A DNA stretch of 64,000 nucleotides from Centroscyllium fabricii (GCA_051313645.2 JBNRSN020000020.1:93186001-93250000), one strand, 5' to 3'; counted from the stretch's first letter, positions 23,485 to 36,739 are shown. Translations and numbers: made by a program. The notes: generated from the letters alone by a model not told the origin.

Positions 23485-24115
23485 GTAGCAGGGCTTCATA
23501 AATAGAAGTATTGAGCACAAAAGTAGAGAAGTTAACCTTTATAAAGCGCTGGTTAGGCCACAACTGGAGTATTGCGTCAAGTACTGGTCACCACACTTTA
23601 GGAAGAATGTGAAGGCACTTGAGAGGGTGCAGAGGAGATTTACCAGAATGGTTCCGGGGATGGGGAATCTTAGCTACAAGTACAGGTTAGAGAAGCTGGA
23701 TTTGTTTTCATTAGAGCAAAGGAGGTTGAGGGGTGATTTGATCGAGGTGTACAAGATTATGACGGGTTTGGATAGGCTAGACGGGGAAAGGCTGTTCCCA
23801 CTAGTTGATGGTACAAGGACTAGGGGACCCAGATTTAAGGTTTTGGGCAAGAGATACAGGGTGGGGTGGGGGGGGGATGTGAGGAAAAACTTTTTTACAC
23901 AGCGAGTGGTGAGGACCTGGAACTCGCTGCCGACAGAAGTGGTGGAAACGGAGACACTCCATGTTTTCAAGGGGAGACTGGATAGGCACTTGAGGAAAAT
24001 AAACTTGTAGGGCTACGGGGATAGAGCGGGGGAATGGGACTGGCTGGATTGCTCCACAGAGAGCCGGCATGGACTCGATGGGCCGAATGGCCTCCTTCTG
24101 TGACGTTTTGACTCT
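23485..24115 (+). mobile_element. CR1 LINE 3' fragment
   Basis: ALERVQRRFTRMVPG...LEQRRLRGDLIEVYKI...FFTQRVVRTWNSLP, then tail. Confidence 0.85.
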
Positions 24116-24374
24116 ATGGTCTGGATTTTGATTCTGGAGGCGTGTAGGAGGCGGGACTACAACTTTCGGGGTTGTAGTCCCGCCTCCATCGAGTTGTGGC
24201 CAACCCACGCGATTTTCATTTGATTGACCTTGTTGAGCCCACTCAGTGGGCTCAGCAGGCCAATTAAGGGCCACTCAGCAACAGGTGACATCACAGATTG
24301 ACATTTCATCTGTCAAGAGCTGTGAAACCTGGCGTGGACACAATTGGCTTGCTGACTATCAGCTGCAAGTCATA

Positions 24375-24773
24375 GGGCGGCACGGTGGCACAGTGGTTAG
24401 CACTGTTACCTCACAGCACTGGAGACCTGGGTTCAAATCTGGCCTCGGGTACCATCTGTGTGGAGTTTGCACATTCTCCCCGTGTCTGCGTGGGTTTTCT
24501 CTGGGTGCTCCGGTTTCCTCCCACAGTCCAAAGATGTGCGGGTTAGGTTGATTGGCCAGGATAAATTGACCCTTAGTGTTAGGGCGATTGAATGTGGGGT
24601 TACGGGGATAGGGTGGGATATGTGTCGGTGCAGGCTCAATAGGGATCAAGAGATATGGGGACAGGGCAGGGATAGGGTACTGGGTTTGGATGATCAGCCA
24701 TGATCTCATTGAATGGCGGAGCAGGCTCGAAGGGCCGAATGGCCTACTCCTGCTCCTATCTTCTATGTTTCTA
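24375..24773 (+). mobile_element. HE1-type V-SINE (inside a MITE-like repeat at about 24118-25265)
   Basis: tRNA head, V-domain and CR1-derived tail, as at 14170. Confidence 0.9.
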
Positions 24774-25475
24774 TTCAATCAGCTGTACCAGAAGACGTCC
24801 CTGGGCAGCAGCCTGCAGGAGGGATAACTGTATCCCCAGGGTGTACAATATCAGTGGGAAACAAGCTTTCAGAAACTCACCTTCCAGCTCATTTTTAATG
24901 TTTGACAGAAAGCTCTCCACTAGCTGTCAATGAAAGGGGTCTGCTGTAGCAGGTCCCAGTGAAACTGACCTAAAGCTGTCAGTCAAGGGCTGTGGTTTTA
25001 CTAGGCATTGAAACTTACTTGAGGCTGTCAGTTAAAGGCTGTGGTTTTACCAGGCATTGAAACTTGGCTCTGGTCTTTAAGCAGCTGGCACCCCGCCGCC
25101 TTTCAGACTGAAAATAGTCAAGTGGCAAGGGTTCCCACACGCGGGGAATTAATTGGCCAATTGAGCCAAAATTGCATGGGGCTCCCAGGCCCTTGAACAT
25201 TCGTGTCAGAAACCTGACCCGCCCAAAACCCGCCAATTCCCCACACCTATAGGAAAATTGACACTTATGACTCTATGACCTGAAATCAATATTAACTACA
25301 TCTATATTTGCTGATCGGGTTAGATGAAGATGGGTGGGAGGAGGCTCGTGTGGCGCATAAACGCCGGCATAGACCAGTTGAGCCGAATGGCCTGTTTCTG
25401 TGCAGTAAATTCTAAGTAATCCAGATTTGCAAATTTCAAAACATTGTTCAGTGAATTCATACTTAATATCCTTAC

Positions 25476-25528
25476 CTGATTATCAGTAAGAGCATCGTCT
25501 CCGCCACGACATATTATGCAGTTTGAAT
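25476..25528 (-). CDS. Receptor exon 6 (membrane-proximal cytoplasmic)
   Basis: ttttttcag|AT...CAG|gtaagg; 53 nt, phase 1 to 0, bridging exons 5 and 7 in frame. Encodes DSNCIICRGGDDALTDNQ. Confidence 0.8.
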
Positions 25529-25984
25529 CTGAAAAAATTACAATGTTACCGTTGAAAGCTATAACAGGAACGGTTAATATGTTTAAAATGTCCAAACTGA
25601 GCATGTGTTTCAGTGTACACAGCCTTACATAAATCTACATTCATGTGAACCTAATCTGCATTGCACCCATGATTCCCAACATAGAACATAAAACTGCTCT
25701 GATTATTATGCATAATATTCAGAAAGGATGGAGGTAACTTTCACCTTCACCGTCTGATGCAGCAGATCACCTGCCTGTTGTAGAACCCGATTTTCATCCC
25801 GTTGATTTCTACGAGGTGCTCGGTCAGATTATCGCCCAAGATGTGAAGGTATAAGTTAGCCTCCTGTGTATTTAGGGCTTTGCGAGCCAAAGATCGATCA
25901 ATTTTACCCTGAAAATGAGGACCTGATCTGTTGTGCCATTACTGGCAGGCCAATCAATTCATCACAGAGAGCACTCAGAGTCGG

Positions 25985-26435
25985 TGAGTGGCTCAGTTGG
26001 TAAGACCCTCGCCTCTGAGTCAGAATGCTGTGGGTTCAAGTCCCACTGCAGAGACCTTTACACAAAAATGTAGGCCGACACTCCCGTGCAGTACTGAGGG
26101 AGTGCCGCACTGTCGGAGGTGCCGTCTTTTGGATGAGACGTTAATCTGAAGCCCCGTCTGCTCTCTCAGGTGGACGTAAAAGATCCTGTGGCCACTATTT
26201 TGAAGAATAGCAGGGGAGTTATCCCTGGTGTCCTGGCCAATGTTTATCCCTCAGCCAACATAACAAAAACAGATTAACTGTCCATTATCACATTGCTGTT
26301 TGTGGGAGCTTGCTGTGTGCAAATTGGCTGCTGTGTTTCCTACATTATAGCAGTGACTACACTTAAAAAAATAAGGTACTTAATTGGCTGTAAAGCATTT
26401 TGTGACATCCGATGGTTGTGAAAGGCGCTATAGAA
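25985..26435 (+). mobile_element. SacSINE1/Deu-domain-like SINE
   Basis: tRNA-like head GTGGCTCAGTTGG...GGTTCAAGTCC, core GCAGTACTGAGGGAGTGCCGCACTGTCGGAGGTGCCGTCTTT, L2-like tail TGTAAAGCATTTTG...AAAGGCGCTATAGAAAT. Confidence 0.75.
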
Positions 26436-27637
26436 ATATTTCTTTTTTCTGTTGACGTAACTATATCAGCCAATGAGTTGCACTCTGTCAGCCAATGAGT
26501 TGGAAGTGGGGCTGGATTCATTTATTTTATAGCAAACAAAATCTATTTAATAAGAAAACAGTAACGCAAACAATGTCTATTTACCCAGCAAAGTCTATTT
26601 CAACAGTGCATTGCAGCAAACAGTCTACAGAGTCTACTTAAAAAGAGTCTCTATGAACTAGAGGAGCAGAACTCATGATCGAAACTATGGCCACTTCTCC
26701 TGATAAAAACAAGATGATTTCTCCAGACAAATGCAGTGAGTGAAGGGTCGTTACATAATACAAATTGATTATTTCTCCAGCAAAATGTGGTGTGGAAGAT
26801 AGCTACGTGCAAATTGTGGTAATATTGAACAGACTTCCGGGGGAAGACGAAGGGGTGAACTCTGTACATGTCACTTCCTGTTTCCTGTTACTATAAGTAC
26901 TCAAACTGCTCAGTATGGGGAGAAAGCTTCACCTGGAAGCATGGTAAAACCCGGCTTTGTACATAGTGATAAAGTAGTGGATTAAAGCTTTGCTTTAAGT
27001 TATTGATGTATCAGAGTCCTTTATTACATCACAAATTATGTGCATAAAATCAATCCCCGTCACTTACAGCAGTTCAGTCTCCAGGCGTGATTGACAGGGA
27101 ATTACCCAATCATCTCCATGGCCATAAATTGTGGTTTCACTATAAGCAGCTGGGAGAAATCTTAGAGGTTGTCACCTCAGCGATCTCAGGGGCAGCTTTA
27201 GCAGCAGAAAATTCATCCTCCTTGTTGGTCCATGAATAACATTTGTCTCAGAGAACCATCGCTGTTTGTGGCAGCTCTTTGCTGGAGCAATCCAAAATTA
27301 TCGCTAATGCCTTTGCTCGCTCTTCAATGCTCTGCTTCAAATCATTAGCCAATTTCCCTGTAAAAGACCCTGGGGTCTTTACCACTCCCTGTGACAAAGC
27401 ATTCCATGCTCCAATAACCCTCTGAATAAAGAACCATCTCCTCACTCTCTTGGTAACAATTTTAAATTGATGATCCCCTCATGACCGACTCCCCAACCAG
27501 ACAAAATAATTTTTCTCTATTCACTCGCTCAGAACGTTCATATCTTTGAAAACCTCTGTTAAACGAGAAGGGGACGGGAAGGAAATATGAGGTAACTTAG
27601 AAAAGAAAGAAGAAAGGAAACAAGTTTTTTGTTAATA

Positions 27638-28079
27638 CAGCTGCGGCACCGTTAATCCGGACACTGGTAATCCGGAAACTTCAGTCGTCCGAACGAATCC
27701 GGCCGACTGGTCTGCGCATGCGCAAAATGGCCACCATGCTTGGCTGCGCATGTCCGGGCCTCTCCCCGACTGCCAGACTGGTCTGCGCATGCGCAAAATG
27801 GCCACCGTGCTTGGCTGCGCATGCGCAAAATGGCCGCCGTGCTTGGCTGCGCATGCGCAAAATGGCCACCGTGCTGGGCTGCGCATGCCCGGGCCCCTCC
27901 CCAAATGATTGATGCTTTGGCGAGCGTATGCACAGACCATTCAAAATGGCCGCCGGCCTTCGCGGCAGCCATTTTGAATGGTCTGCACATGCACTCGCCG
28001 AAGCTTCAATCGTTCGGATTTTTCACTAGTCCGGCATCGGCCTGGTCCCGCCGGTGCCGGATTAACGGTGTCGGACCTT
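27638..28079. mobile_element. Tc1/pogo-like MITE with tandem GCGCATGCGCAAAATGGCC units
   Basis: TA flanks; imperfect TIR sharing CACCGTTAATCCGG; related to 22426-22977. Confidence 0.75.
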
Positions 28080-28369
28080 TAATATATAGTTTGTACATAC
28101 AGCGATGATTTTAAAGTTGCGTGATTATCATGATAACATTAGGACCAGATTTAATAAATCCCCACCTTTAAACACCTGTCTCTTAATGAAATAATTAGAG
28201 GATGGTTTCTACTGGAATCCTGCTGACCCGGTGCTCTTACTGACAGTTATGAGTTGTGAAACATGGGCAACTTGACTTTATTGCACCATCTGTGCTGAGG
28301 TGCAACAACTGTTTGCACAACTCCTTCCTCTCAAACTTACAAGCTGCTTCAAGATTAACTTCTTCAAAC

Positions 28370-28690
28370 TTCCTGTTGGCGGAAGGGCTGAGAACCAGAG
28401 GATTTAAGGTGATTGGCAGAAGAACCAAAGGCGACGTGAGGAAAAACTTTTTTACGCAGCGAGTGGTTAGGATCTGGAATGCACGGCCTGAAAGGGCGGT
28501 GGAGGCAGATTCAATCGTGGCTTTCAAAAGGGAGTTGGATAAGTACCTGAAGGAATAAAAGTTGTAGGGGTACGGGGAAAGGGCGGGGGAGTGGGCCTAT
28601 CTGAAGTGCGCTTGCGGAGAGCCGGCACGGGCTCGACGGGCCAAATGGCTTCCTGCTGTGCTGCAACCATTCTATGATTCTTTGATTCTA
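28370..28690 (+). mobile_element. CR1 LINE 3' fragment
   Basis: KNFFTQRVVRIWNA...AFKRELDKYL, then ATTCT-type tail. Confidence 0.78.
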
Positions 28691-30455
28691 TTTAAAAACA
28701 GTAACAATGGGTGAAAAATTAGAAGATTGTGGATTTTATTAACTTTTCTAAACTTCTTGTGTTGTCTCTGCTTTAGCTGCCAAGCCAGAACATCCCAACC
28801 AGCACGTGTCATCTTTAGGGCTCAGCCTTTGGAATTTCACATCTGAATTTTTTAGTTCGGACATCAAAGCCAAACGCATCTGGATTCCCGCCCTAGAAAG
28901 CTTTGGCTTCAGATAATCAATCAAATCTGAACCGATGTTCTAATCCAAAATATCACACGGAAAATCTTTTGAGCTGCAACTTTTTTTTCTACGAGTGCTC
29001 AAGGTGCTCTCAGCAAATTCATGCGAGCATGAGTTTAAGGCAATCATGAACCCATTTCATTCATGACTGCCTTAAGTTATTGCTGACAGGTTTGCATGCT
29101 GTATGCACTCATACTGACAGATCACTCACTGAAAACATTTCCCGTCATATGACTAGGGGAAGGATTGGCTTGGTCTTAAACAGATCTAATTACAAAAAGA
29201 AGCTAAACCGCATTAGATTTTACTCATACAGCAGCCAGTCCCACAGGGAATTGAGAATCTGCTTGAGTAAACAGTAACTAGAATTTCGGGTGCCTCAAAC
29301 CAGATGCCCACGCACGAACGGGTCCAAAATGCCCACGGATCTGAGATTTCCAATGCTGAGGGAGAAGGGCCCTCAGCATCAAACGCAGGAGTGAGTTGCA
29401 CCCAGAATTTGAGATCCAAAAGGGTGATTTTTGGTCAGTGATTCTGTGGGCAACAGGCCCACAAGCTGCACGGGAGAAAACCAGTTGTAACTCGTGCGTG
29501 ACGGAGTAAAATGCGTTTTTAAACAAGTTAAGTTATTTTTTGACCTTTAATTTTAAGTTTTAACAGTTTTGGGGAGTAATGTGGCCAGATCGGTATCAAT
29601 AAATTTGGATGTTAAAGTTTTTTTTAAAAAATTACAAATCTGATTTTGAATTGCTATACCTGTTCCAAATCGCTAATTTTTAAATTTAGTGTTCTGAAAT
29701 TTTTAACTAATTTAGTGAAGTTAAAAAACTAAGAGAAAAAATCGCTGACTTACCTTCAGTCAAAAGCTGGTCTGGCCGCGCTGCTCACTGCCGAGTCTGT
29801 GAGTGCAGCGCCTCACGTCCCTGCTCTCTCAAAGGTCCGACTCGGGATCTGTGGGCGTTTTTTAATTTAAATTGGGGATCTGTGGGCGTTTTAAAATTTA
29901 AATTGGGGATCTGTGGGCGGAGCATACACTGCGCTCCTAGCGTGGCTGGACTGCCACGTTGCGCAGGAAGGGGGCGGAGCCAAGCCGAAATGCTGGGAGT
30001 AAAAAAAGTGCGATGTTGGTGCGGTTTGTTAGGGATCCGCATGGTCCTAGTTCCCCACCAACCGGCAAACCCGAACTTCTGGCCCAATATTGGTCATCTG
30101 ACTCCCTGACCAATTCTCTGAAATGTCTTGTATTTGCCTGCAACTTATTACAACTGGGCCAAAGCAGAGAAATGTAGCTGATTAAATCCTGAACACTTTC
30201 AATTACAACAGCTGCGACCCAGCAGCTGAGTCTGATAGTTGAAAGACCAAGTCCTATCTGAAACTCACTTCTAGCGAATCACTTCCTGTCATACACCTCG
30301 ATCTTTCTAAACCATTGTTCAATTTTGCTTCCTGCAGAGCTCAAGGGAATATTGGCTGTTACCGAACAAGAGTAACAACTTAGTTATTCTTCCATGTTTT
30401 ATACATCTAGACTAGAATGTGCGGTATATTACAATCGTAGGTGCTTGTTGATTAC

Positions 30456-30737
30456 TGTGGTAACCGTCATTACTATCTGTATATAGTTGTGGGTTCATCG
30501 GCGGGCCTTGTACACTGTGGGGTCACATATGGATGTATTTACCTGTATACTGTATGTAAGGCCAGGTCAGCCACACCTCTAACTCCTCCCCTCAGGTGGG
30601 AGCTTATAGGTGAGGGCCGCCCTGCCCCCGCTCATTCTCGCCTTGAACTCGACTGGAGACTAGCTCCATTATAAGTTAATAAAAGCCTATAGTTAAGGTA
30701 ACTACTCGTCTTTCTTGTCTTGATTGACGATACGTCA
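30456..30737 (+). mobile_element. Solo LTR of the Gypsy family of elements 1-3
   Basis: TGTGGTAACC...TACGTCA, perfect 5-bp TSD ATTAC, strongly similar to 43120-43400. Confidence 0.92.
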
Positions 30738-30818
30738 ATTACAACAAACTTATGTTCTCTTCATATTCTGCAGCAAACTATTGACATATAATGAAATAAT
30801 TGAAAACCAGAAACTCAC

Positions 30819-30907
30819 CCTTGTTGTTTTGCATCCGGTAGAAAAGTAGAGAAACAGCAAGCACAACAATAAGGGCCGCCAGCACTCCGAGCACAATATA
30901 AATCAGG
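30819..30907 (-). CDS. Receptor exon 5 (transmembrane)
   Basis: ctctataccacag|C...AAG G|gtgagt; 89 nt, phase 2 to 1. Encodes SLIYIVLGVLAALIVVLAVSLLFYRMQNNK, an uncharged TM. Confidence 0.9.
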
Positions 30908-31284
30908 CTGTGGTATAGAGAATAGGTAAGGGTCAGCACTGGGTCTCAATTGATTCTTGGCCATTTGTTTAAAGAAAGAACTTGCATTTATATAGCACCT
31001 TTCACAGCCTCAGGACATCCCAAAGTGCTTTACAGCCAATGAAGCACTTTTGAATAACAACAGCAAATGCTGGAAAAACTCAGCGGGCCCGGCAGCCTCG
31101 GTGGAGAGAAATAGAGTCGACGTTTCGGGGTCGGACAATTTGTCAAAACTAAAGATGGGGAATGAAACACAGGCAGGAAGGCCGGGGGGGTGGGGGGGGG
31201 GGGGGGGGGGGGTGGAAGAACATAGAAGTTCTTTCCCCCCCCCCCACACCCGCCCTCCTGCTTGTGTTTCATTCCTCAGCTTTA

Positions 31285-32524
31285 CAGAACATAGAACATA
31301 GAACATACAGCACTGTACAGGCCCTTGGGCCCTCAATGTAGTGCCGCCCTTATTCCGTCTCTGATTTTTCCTGTCCCCCCTACTCTTCCTTCCCCTCCAT
31401 GTACCTGTCTATCATCCTTTTAAAAGCTCCCAGACTGTCCACATCCACTATTTCAGATGGTAGCCTATTCCACTCCCCGACCACTCTCTGCGTAAAGAAC
31501 TTGCCCCTGCCATCCCTTCTGAATCTTCCTCCTTGAATCTTGTGCTCGTGCCCTCTTGTTGTCGTTCTTCCCACCCGGGGAAACAGTCTCTGCACGTTTA
31601 CTCTATCGATCCCCTTCATCATCTTGAACGTCTCTATTAAGTCCCCCCTCTTCCTTCTCCGCTCCAGGGAGAAGAGTCCCAGCTCCCTCAACCTCTCCTC
31701 GTACGACTTTCCCCCCATTCCCGGCAGCATCCTGGTGAATCTCCTCTGCACCCTCTCCAACGCCTCCACATCCCTCCTGTAGTACGGTGCCCAGAACTGT
31801 ACACAGTACTCCAAGTGTGGTCTCACCAGTGACCTGTACAGCTGTAGCATGACCTCCCGGTTCTTAAACTCTATTCCCCTGTTGATGAAGGCCAATACAC
31901 CATAGGCCTTTTTTACTGCCTTATCCACCTGGGTGGCAGCCTTCAATGATCTGTGTACATATACTCCCAGATCCCTTTGCTCCTCTGTTTCGCTCAGGAC
32001 CCTCCCGTTGACCCTATATTCCCTATTCCTATTTGTCCTTCCGAAGTGTATCACCTCGCATTTCCCCATGTTGAACTCCATTTGCCATTCTTCAGCCCAG
32101 CTCTGCATCCTATCTATATCCCTCTGAAGCCTTCTACTTCCTTCCTCCTCATCCACTACTCCCCCAATCTTTGTGTCATCTGCAAATTTGCTGACCCACC
32201 CCTCAGTCCCCTCCTCCAAGTCATCGATAAAGATTACAAACAGTAGTGGCCCCAACACCGACCCCTGTGGCACCCCACTGGTGACCGGTCTCCAACCCGA
32301 GTATTGGCCCTCTACCACTACCCTCTGCTTTCTCTGAGCCAGCCAGTTCTCAATCCATCCCACTACTTCATTGTTTACCCCGCAACTCCTTATTTTCTTC
32401 ATGAGTCGACCGTGCGGGACCTTGTCGAACGCCTTGCTGAAGTCCATATATATGACATCAACCGCCTTTCCCTCGTCCACACACTTGGTCACCTCTTCAA
32501 AGAATTCTATCAGGTTGGTCAGGT
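31285..32524 (-). mobile_element. Young CR1 LINE 3' portion with uninterrupted RT frame
   Basis: ORF 31380-32492 (DFSKAFDKVPH, GVPQGSVLGPLLF, KFADDTK) and TGTTCTA-repeat tail. Confidence 0.92.
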
Positions 32525-33079
32525 TAGTTTTGACAAATTGTCCGACCCCAAAACGTCAACTCTCTTTCTCTCCACCGATGCTGCCGGGCCTGCTGAGTTT
32601 TTCCAGCATTTTCTGTTGTTATTTCGGACTTCCAGCATCTGCAGTATTTTGCTATCGTACAAGTACTTTTGAATGTACTGCTGTAATATAGGAATTGTGG
32701 CATTCAATTTGCGCACAGCAAGGTCCCACAAACAGATAATCTGTTTTTTTAGTGATGTTGTTAATAGGATAAATATTGGCCAGGCCTCTAAGGAGAACTC
32801 CCCTGCTCTTGTTGGAAAATTGCCATGGGATCTGTTACTTCCACCTGAGAGGGCAGATGGGCCCTTGGTATAATGTCTCATCTTTATTTTTATTCGTTCC
32901 TGGGATGTGGGCGTCGCTGGCAAGGCCAGCATTTATTGCCCATCCCTAGTTGCCCTTGAGAAGGTGCTGGGGAGCCACCTTCTTGAACCACTGCAGTCCC
33001 TGTGGTGAAGGTGCTCCCACGGTGCTGTTAGGGAGGGAGTTCCAGGATTTTGACCCAGCGACGATGAAGGATCGGCGAT

Positions 33080-33488
33080 ATAGAAACATAGAAACATAGA
33101 AGATAAGAGCAGGAGTAGGCCATTCGGCCCTTCGAGCCTGCTCCGCCATTCAATGAGATCATGGCTGATCATCCAAACCCAGCACCCCGCCCCTGCCCTC
33201 TCCCCATATCCCTCGATCCCTATCGAGCCTGCACCGACACATATCCCACCCTATCCCCGTAACAACACATATTTAATCCCCCCAACACTAAGGGTCAATT
33301 TATCCTGGCCAATCAACCTAACCCGCACATCTTTGGACTGTGGGAGGAAACCGGAGCACCCGGAGGAAACCCACGCAGACACGGGGAGAATGTGCAAACT
33401 CCACATAGATAGTAGCCGAGGCTGGATTTGAACCCGGGTCGCCAGTGCTGTGTGGCAACAGTGCTACCACTATGCCACCGTGCCGCCC
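33080..33488 (-). mobile_element. HE1-type V-SINE (inserted in a LINE 3' fragment, about 32890-33610)
   Basis: Reverse complement of the 24375 element. Confidence 0.9.
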
Positions 33489-34084
33489 ATACTTCCAAGT
33501 CAGGATGATGTGTGACTTGGAGGGGAAACTTGAAGGTAGTGGTGTTCCCATGCGCCTGCTGCCCTTGTCCTTCTAGGTGGTAGAGGTTGTGGGTTTGGGA
33601 GGTGCTGTCAAAGCAGACCTGAAAGATCTGAAAGACAGCACCCCCGACAGCGTAGCACTCCCTCAGTACAGCACTGGAGTGTCAGCGTAGATATTGCGCT
33701 CAAGTCTCTGGAGCGGGGCGTGAATCCACAACCTACTGCCAGAAGGTGAGTGTGTCTCCCACTGAGCCATTTTAATGCGTGGTAAGTTTCACATACAAAA
33801 AACAGAACAAAAAAATACCTGGTGACAGCTGAAAAAATAGAAGGAACAACAGTTGCATGCACTATGTGGATTTTATATTCAGATGATCTTCATAGTCAAA
33901 TTTATATAACAGAACAGACATAGGGATATGCCCTAAAATAAAATGCTTAGATTTTCAACATTTCTTACATACTGATCTGGTTAAAATAAATACACTGCAT
34001 GTGCTAGAAATCTGAAAGAAAAACAGAAGTTGCTGGAAACACTCAGCAGATCAGTCGGAATCTGCGGGGTGAACAGATATTTTT

Positions 34085-35013
34085 AGCCATAATGTGGAGG
34101 TGCCGGTGTTGGACTGGGGTGGACAAATGCAAGAAGTCACACAAACACCAGATTATAGTCCAACAGTTTTATTTTAAATCACAAGCTTTCGGAGCGTCCG
34201 CCCCTTCCTCAGGCGAAAGAGAGGTTAATTTGAAGTGAGCAGTCTACTCTCTTCCAATATCACACCTCAGCAGAGACACACAGAGCAGACAAAGGTGTTT
34301 CAACATATTTTAACATATTAATCGGGCACCAGTCTGAGATCAATGAGGCACAGTCACAAAGGGTCAAATGTTGCAGTCTTGTGTCTGTGAAAACACACAG
34401 AATGATTTAAAAAAAAAAGGATTTTCCTTACAAGACCAAGACGGCTCCTTTGAGCAATGATGTGGAGGTGCCGGTGTTGGACTGGGGTGGACAAATGCAA
34501 GAAGTCACACAAACACCAGGTTATAGTCCAACAGTTTTATTTGAAATCACAAGCTTTCAGAGCGCTGCTCCTTCCTCAGAGTTGTTGATCCAAAGACAGC
34601 ACATATACAAGGGAGAGAAATCTGATCTCTCCCGCATCTCTTGTGACCCTGCCTGACGTAGAGTCATCCAGACTAGAGTCGTCTTTGTCTTGTAAGGAAA
34701 ATCTTTTTTTTTTAAATCATTGTGTGTGTTTTCACATACACAGGACTGCAGCATTTGACCCTTTGTGACTGTGCCTCATTGATCTCAGACTGATGCCTGA
34801 TTAATATGTTAAAATATGTTAAAACACCGTTGTCTGCTCTGTGTGTCTCTCTGCTGAAGTGAGATGTGGGAGAGATCAGATTTCTCTCTCACTTGTATAT
34901 ATGCTGTCTTTGGATCAACTTCTCTTTCGCCTGAGGAAGGAGCAGAAGCTCCGAAAGCTTGTGATTTAAAATAAAACTGTTGGACTATAATCTGGTGGTG
35001 TGTGACTTCTTGC
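34085..35013. mobile_element. Penelope-like pseudo-LTR cluster: two tandem copies plus one inverted copy
   Basis: Repeats start ATGTGGAGGTGCCGGTGTTGG at about 34092 and 34461; inverted copy at about 34675-35013. Hammerhead cores at about 34180-34215 (-), 34550-34580 (-) and 34927-34965 (+). Confidence 0.78.
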
Positions 35014-35405
35014 AGATATTTTTAGGTTCTGGTGTGATCTGGAATTCTGAAGAAGTGCTGCCCCCGAACCACAAATGTGTCTGTTTTCTCCACAGGTGCG
35101 GACGGAGCTGCTGTGTGTTTCCAGCAGTCTCTGATTTTGTTTGATGTTTAGTTGGTGTTTTGTCCTTAGTACCATTGCAACTTCAAAGACCCAATTCCTT
35201 AGTTAGAACAACAGAATACTAGATGACAATACCCAATCACTGTTGTAACTTCAAAGACCCAATTCCTTAGTCTTTACATTGGGCTACAATTCCTGTTGCT
35301 TATTGCCTACAGCCTGGGTTAATAATACGGAAATGAGAAGTGAGTTATGTTAATTGAATATTTACATCCACATTGGGTGAAATATATAGCCAGAGAATAT
35401 GATTA

Positions 35406-35800
35406 CATAGAAACTAGGAGCAGGAGTAGGCCATTCGGCCCTTCGAGCCTGCTCCGCCATTCAATGAGATCATGGCTGATCATCCAAACCCAGCACCCCG
35501 CCCCTGCCCTCGCCCATATCCCTCGATCCCTCTCGAGCCTGCACTGACACATATCCCACCCTATCCCCGTAACCCCGCATATTCAATCCCCCTAACACTA
35601 AGGGTCAATTTATCCTGGCCAATCAACCTAACCCGCACATCTTTGGACTGTGGGAGGAAACCGGAGCACCCGGAGGAAACCAACGCAGACACGGGGAGAA
35701 TGTGCAAACTCCACACAGATAGTCACCCGAGGCCGGATTTGAACCCGGGTCTCCAGTGCTGTGAGACAACAGTGCTAACCACTGTGCCACCGTGCCGCCC
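35406..35800 (-). mobile_element. HE1-type V-SINE
   Basis: Same three-part structure. Confidence 0.9.
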
Positions 35801-36739
35801 ATTGGAGAAAACCTGCTCCAAGCCCTGACTTAAAGCGGCACCACTAAAAACGAGTCCCCTGCCATCAACATCCGAGGGGTCGCTGTTGCCCAGAAGCTTA
35901 ACTGGACCAGCCACGCCAACACTGGCTACAAAAGCAGGGCCGATGCTGGGTATTCTGCAACGAGTGGCTCACCCCCGATCTCTCAATGCCTCTCCATCAT
36001 CTGCAGTGCTCAAGTTAGGAGTGTGATGGAATACTTGGATGGGTGCAGCTGTTACAATATTCAAGAGGCTCGCCACTATTTAAGACAAAGCAGTCCATAT
36101 GGTCAGTGCCCCTGCCACCGAGTTCAATGTCCACCCCCTCCACCGCTGGCGCACGGTGGCTACAGTGCGTACTATCTACAGGACACAATGCAGCAACGCC
36201 CACAGCCTGAGAATCAATGAAAAAATACTTTCCCAGCTTCACTTAAAATCACCTCTGAACCCAATGGCCTGCACCGCCAAAAAGGCCAAGACATCCAACA
36301 TCACGAGACCACCACCTCCTCAAGGTTACACACTTTTCTGGCTTGGAACTACACTGTTGTTTCTTTACTGTTCTTAACTCAAAATCATGGAATTTCTTAC
36401 TTCACACCATTGGCCAGCAGATCAAGAAGAAGGCCCAGCACCCACTTCCCAGGGTAACTAGCGACGGGCAATAAATGTGACCTTGTCAGCATTGCTCTCC
36501 TCCCAGGAACAAATTTTAAGAAAAGAAACTTCCTGCAGTTGTCGTGACCGACACTGAGAACTGGACCAAAGCTGCAAGATGTCGCTCACTCGTGATATCA
36601 GGGACCGTGCAGATATGTCGCTGTGATTGCTCCCTTTCACCAGCAGAAACTTTTCCATCAGTGCCACACCAGAACAGGTGTCGGCAAGGTAAGTGTGGCA
36701 AGCGCAACTCATCTCACGCCATGAGGTTAGGTTAGCGGT

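Noticed and set aside
27068-27149. Possible extra cytoplasmic exon (cag|...|gtaagt on the minus strand)
   Set aside because: 82 nt would shift the frame between exons 5 and 6, which already join in phase.
29845-29920. 30-bp GGGATCTGTGGGCG... repeat x3
   Set aside because: Short internal tandem duplication in a probable MITE (about 29277-30085); unremarkable.
35175-35272. Direct repeat TTG(C/T)AACTTCAAAGACCCAATTCCTTAGT x2
   Set aside because: Only two copies of a local duplication; no further structure.
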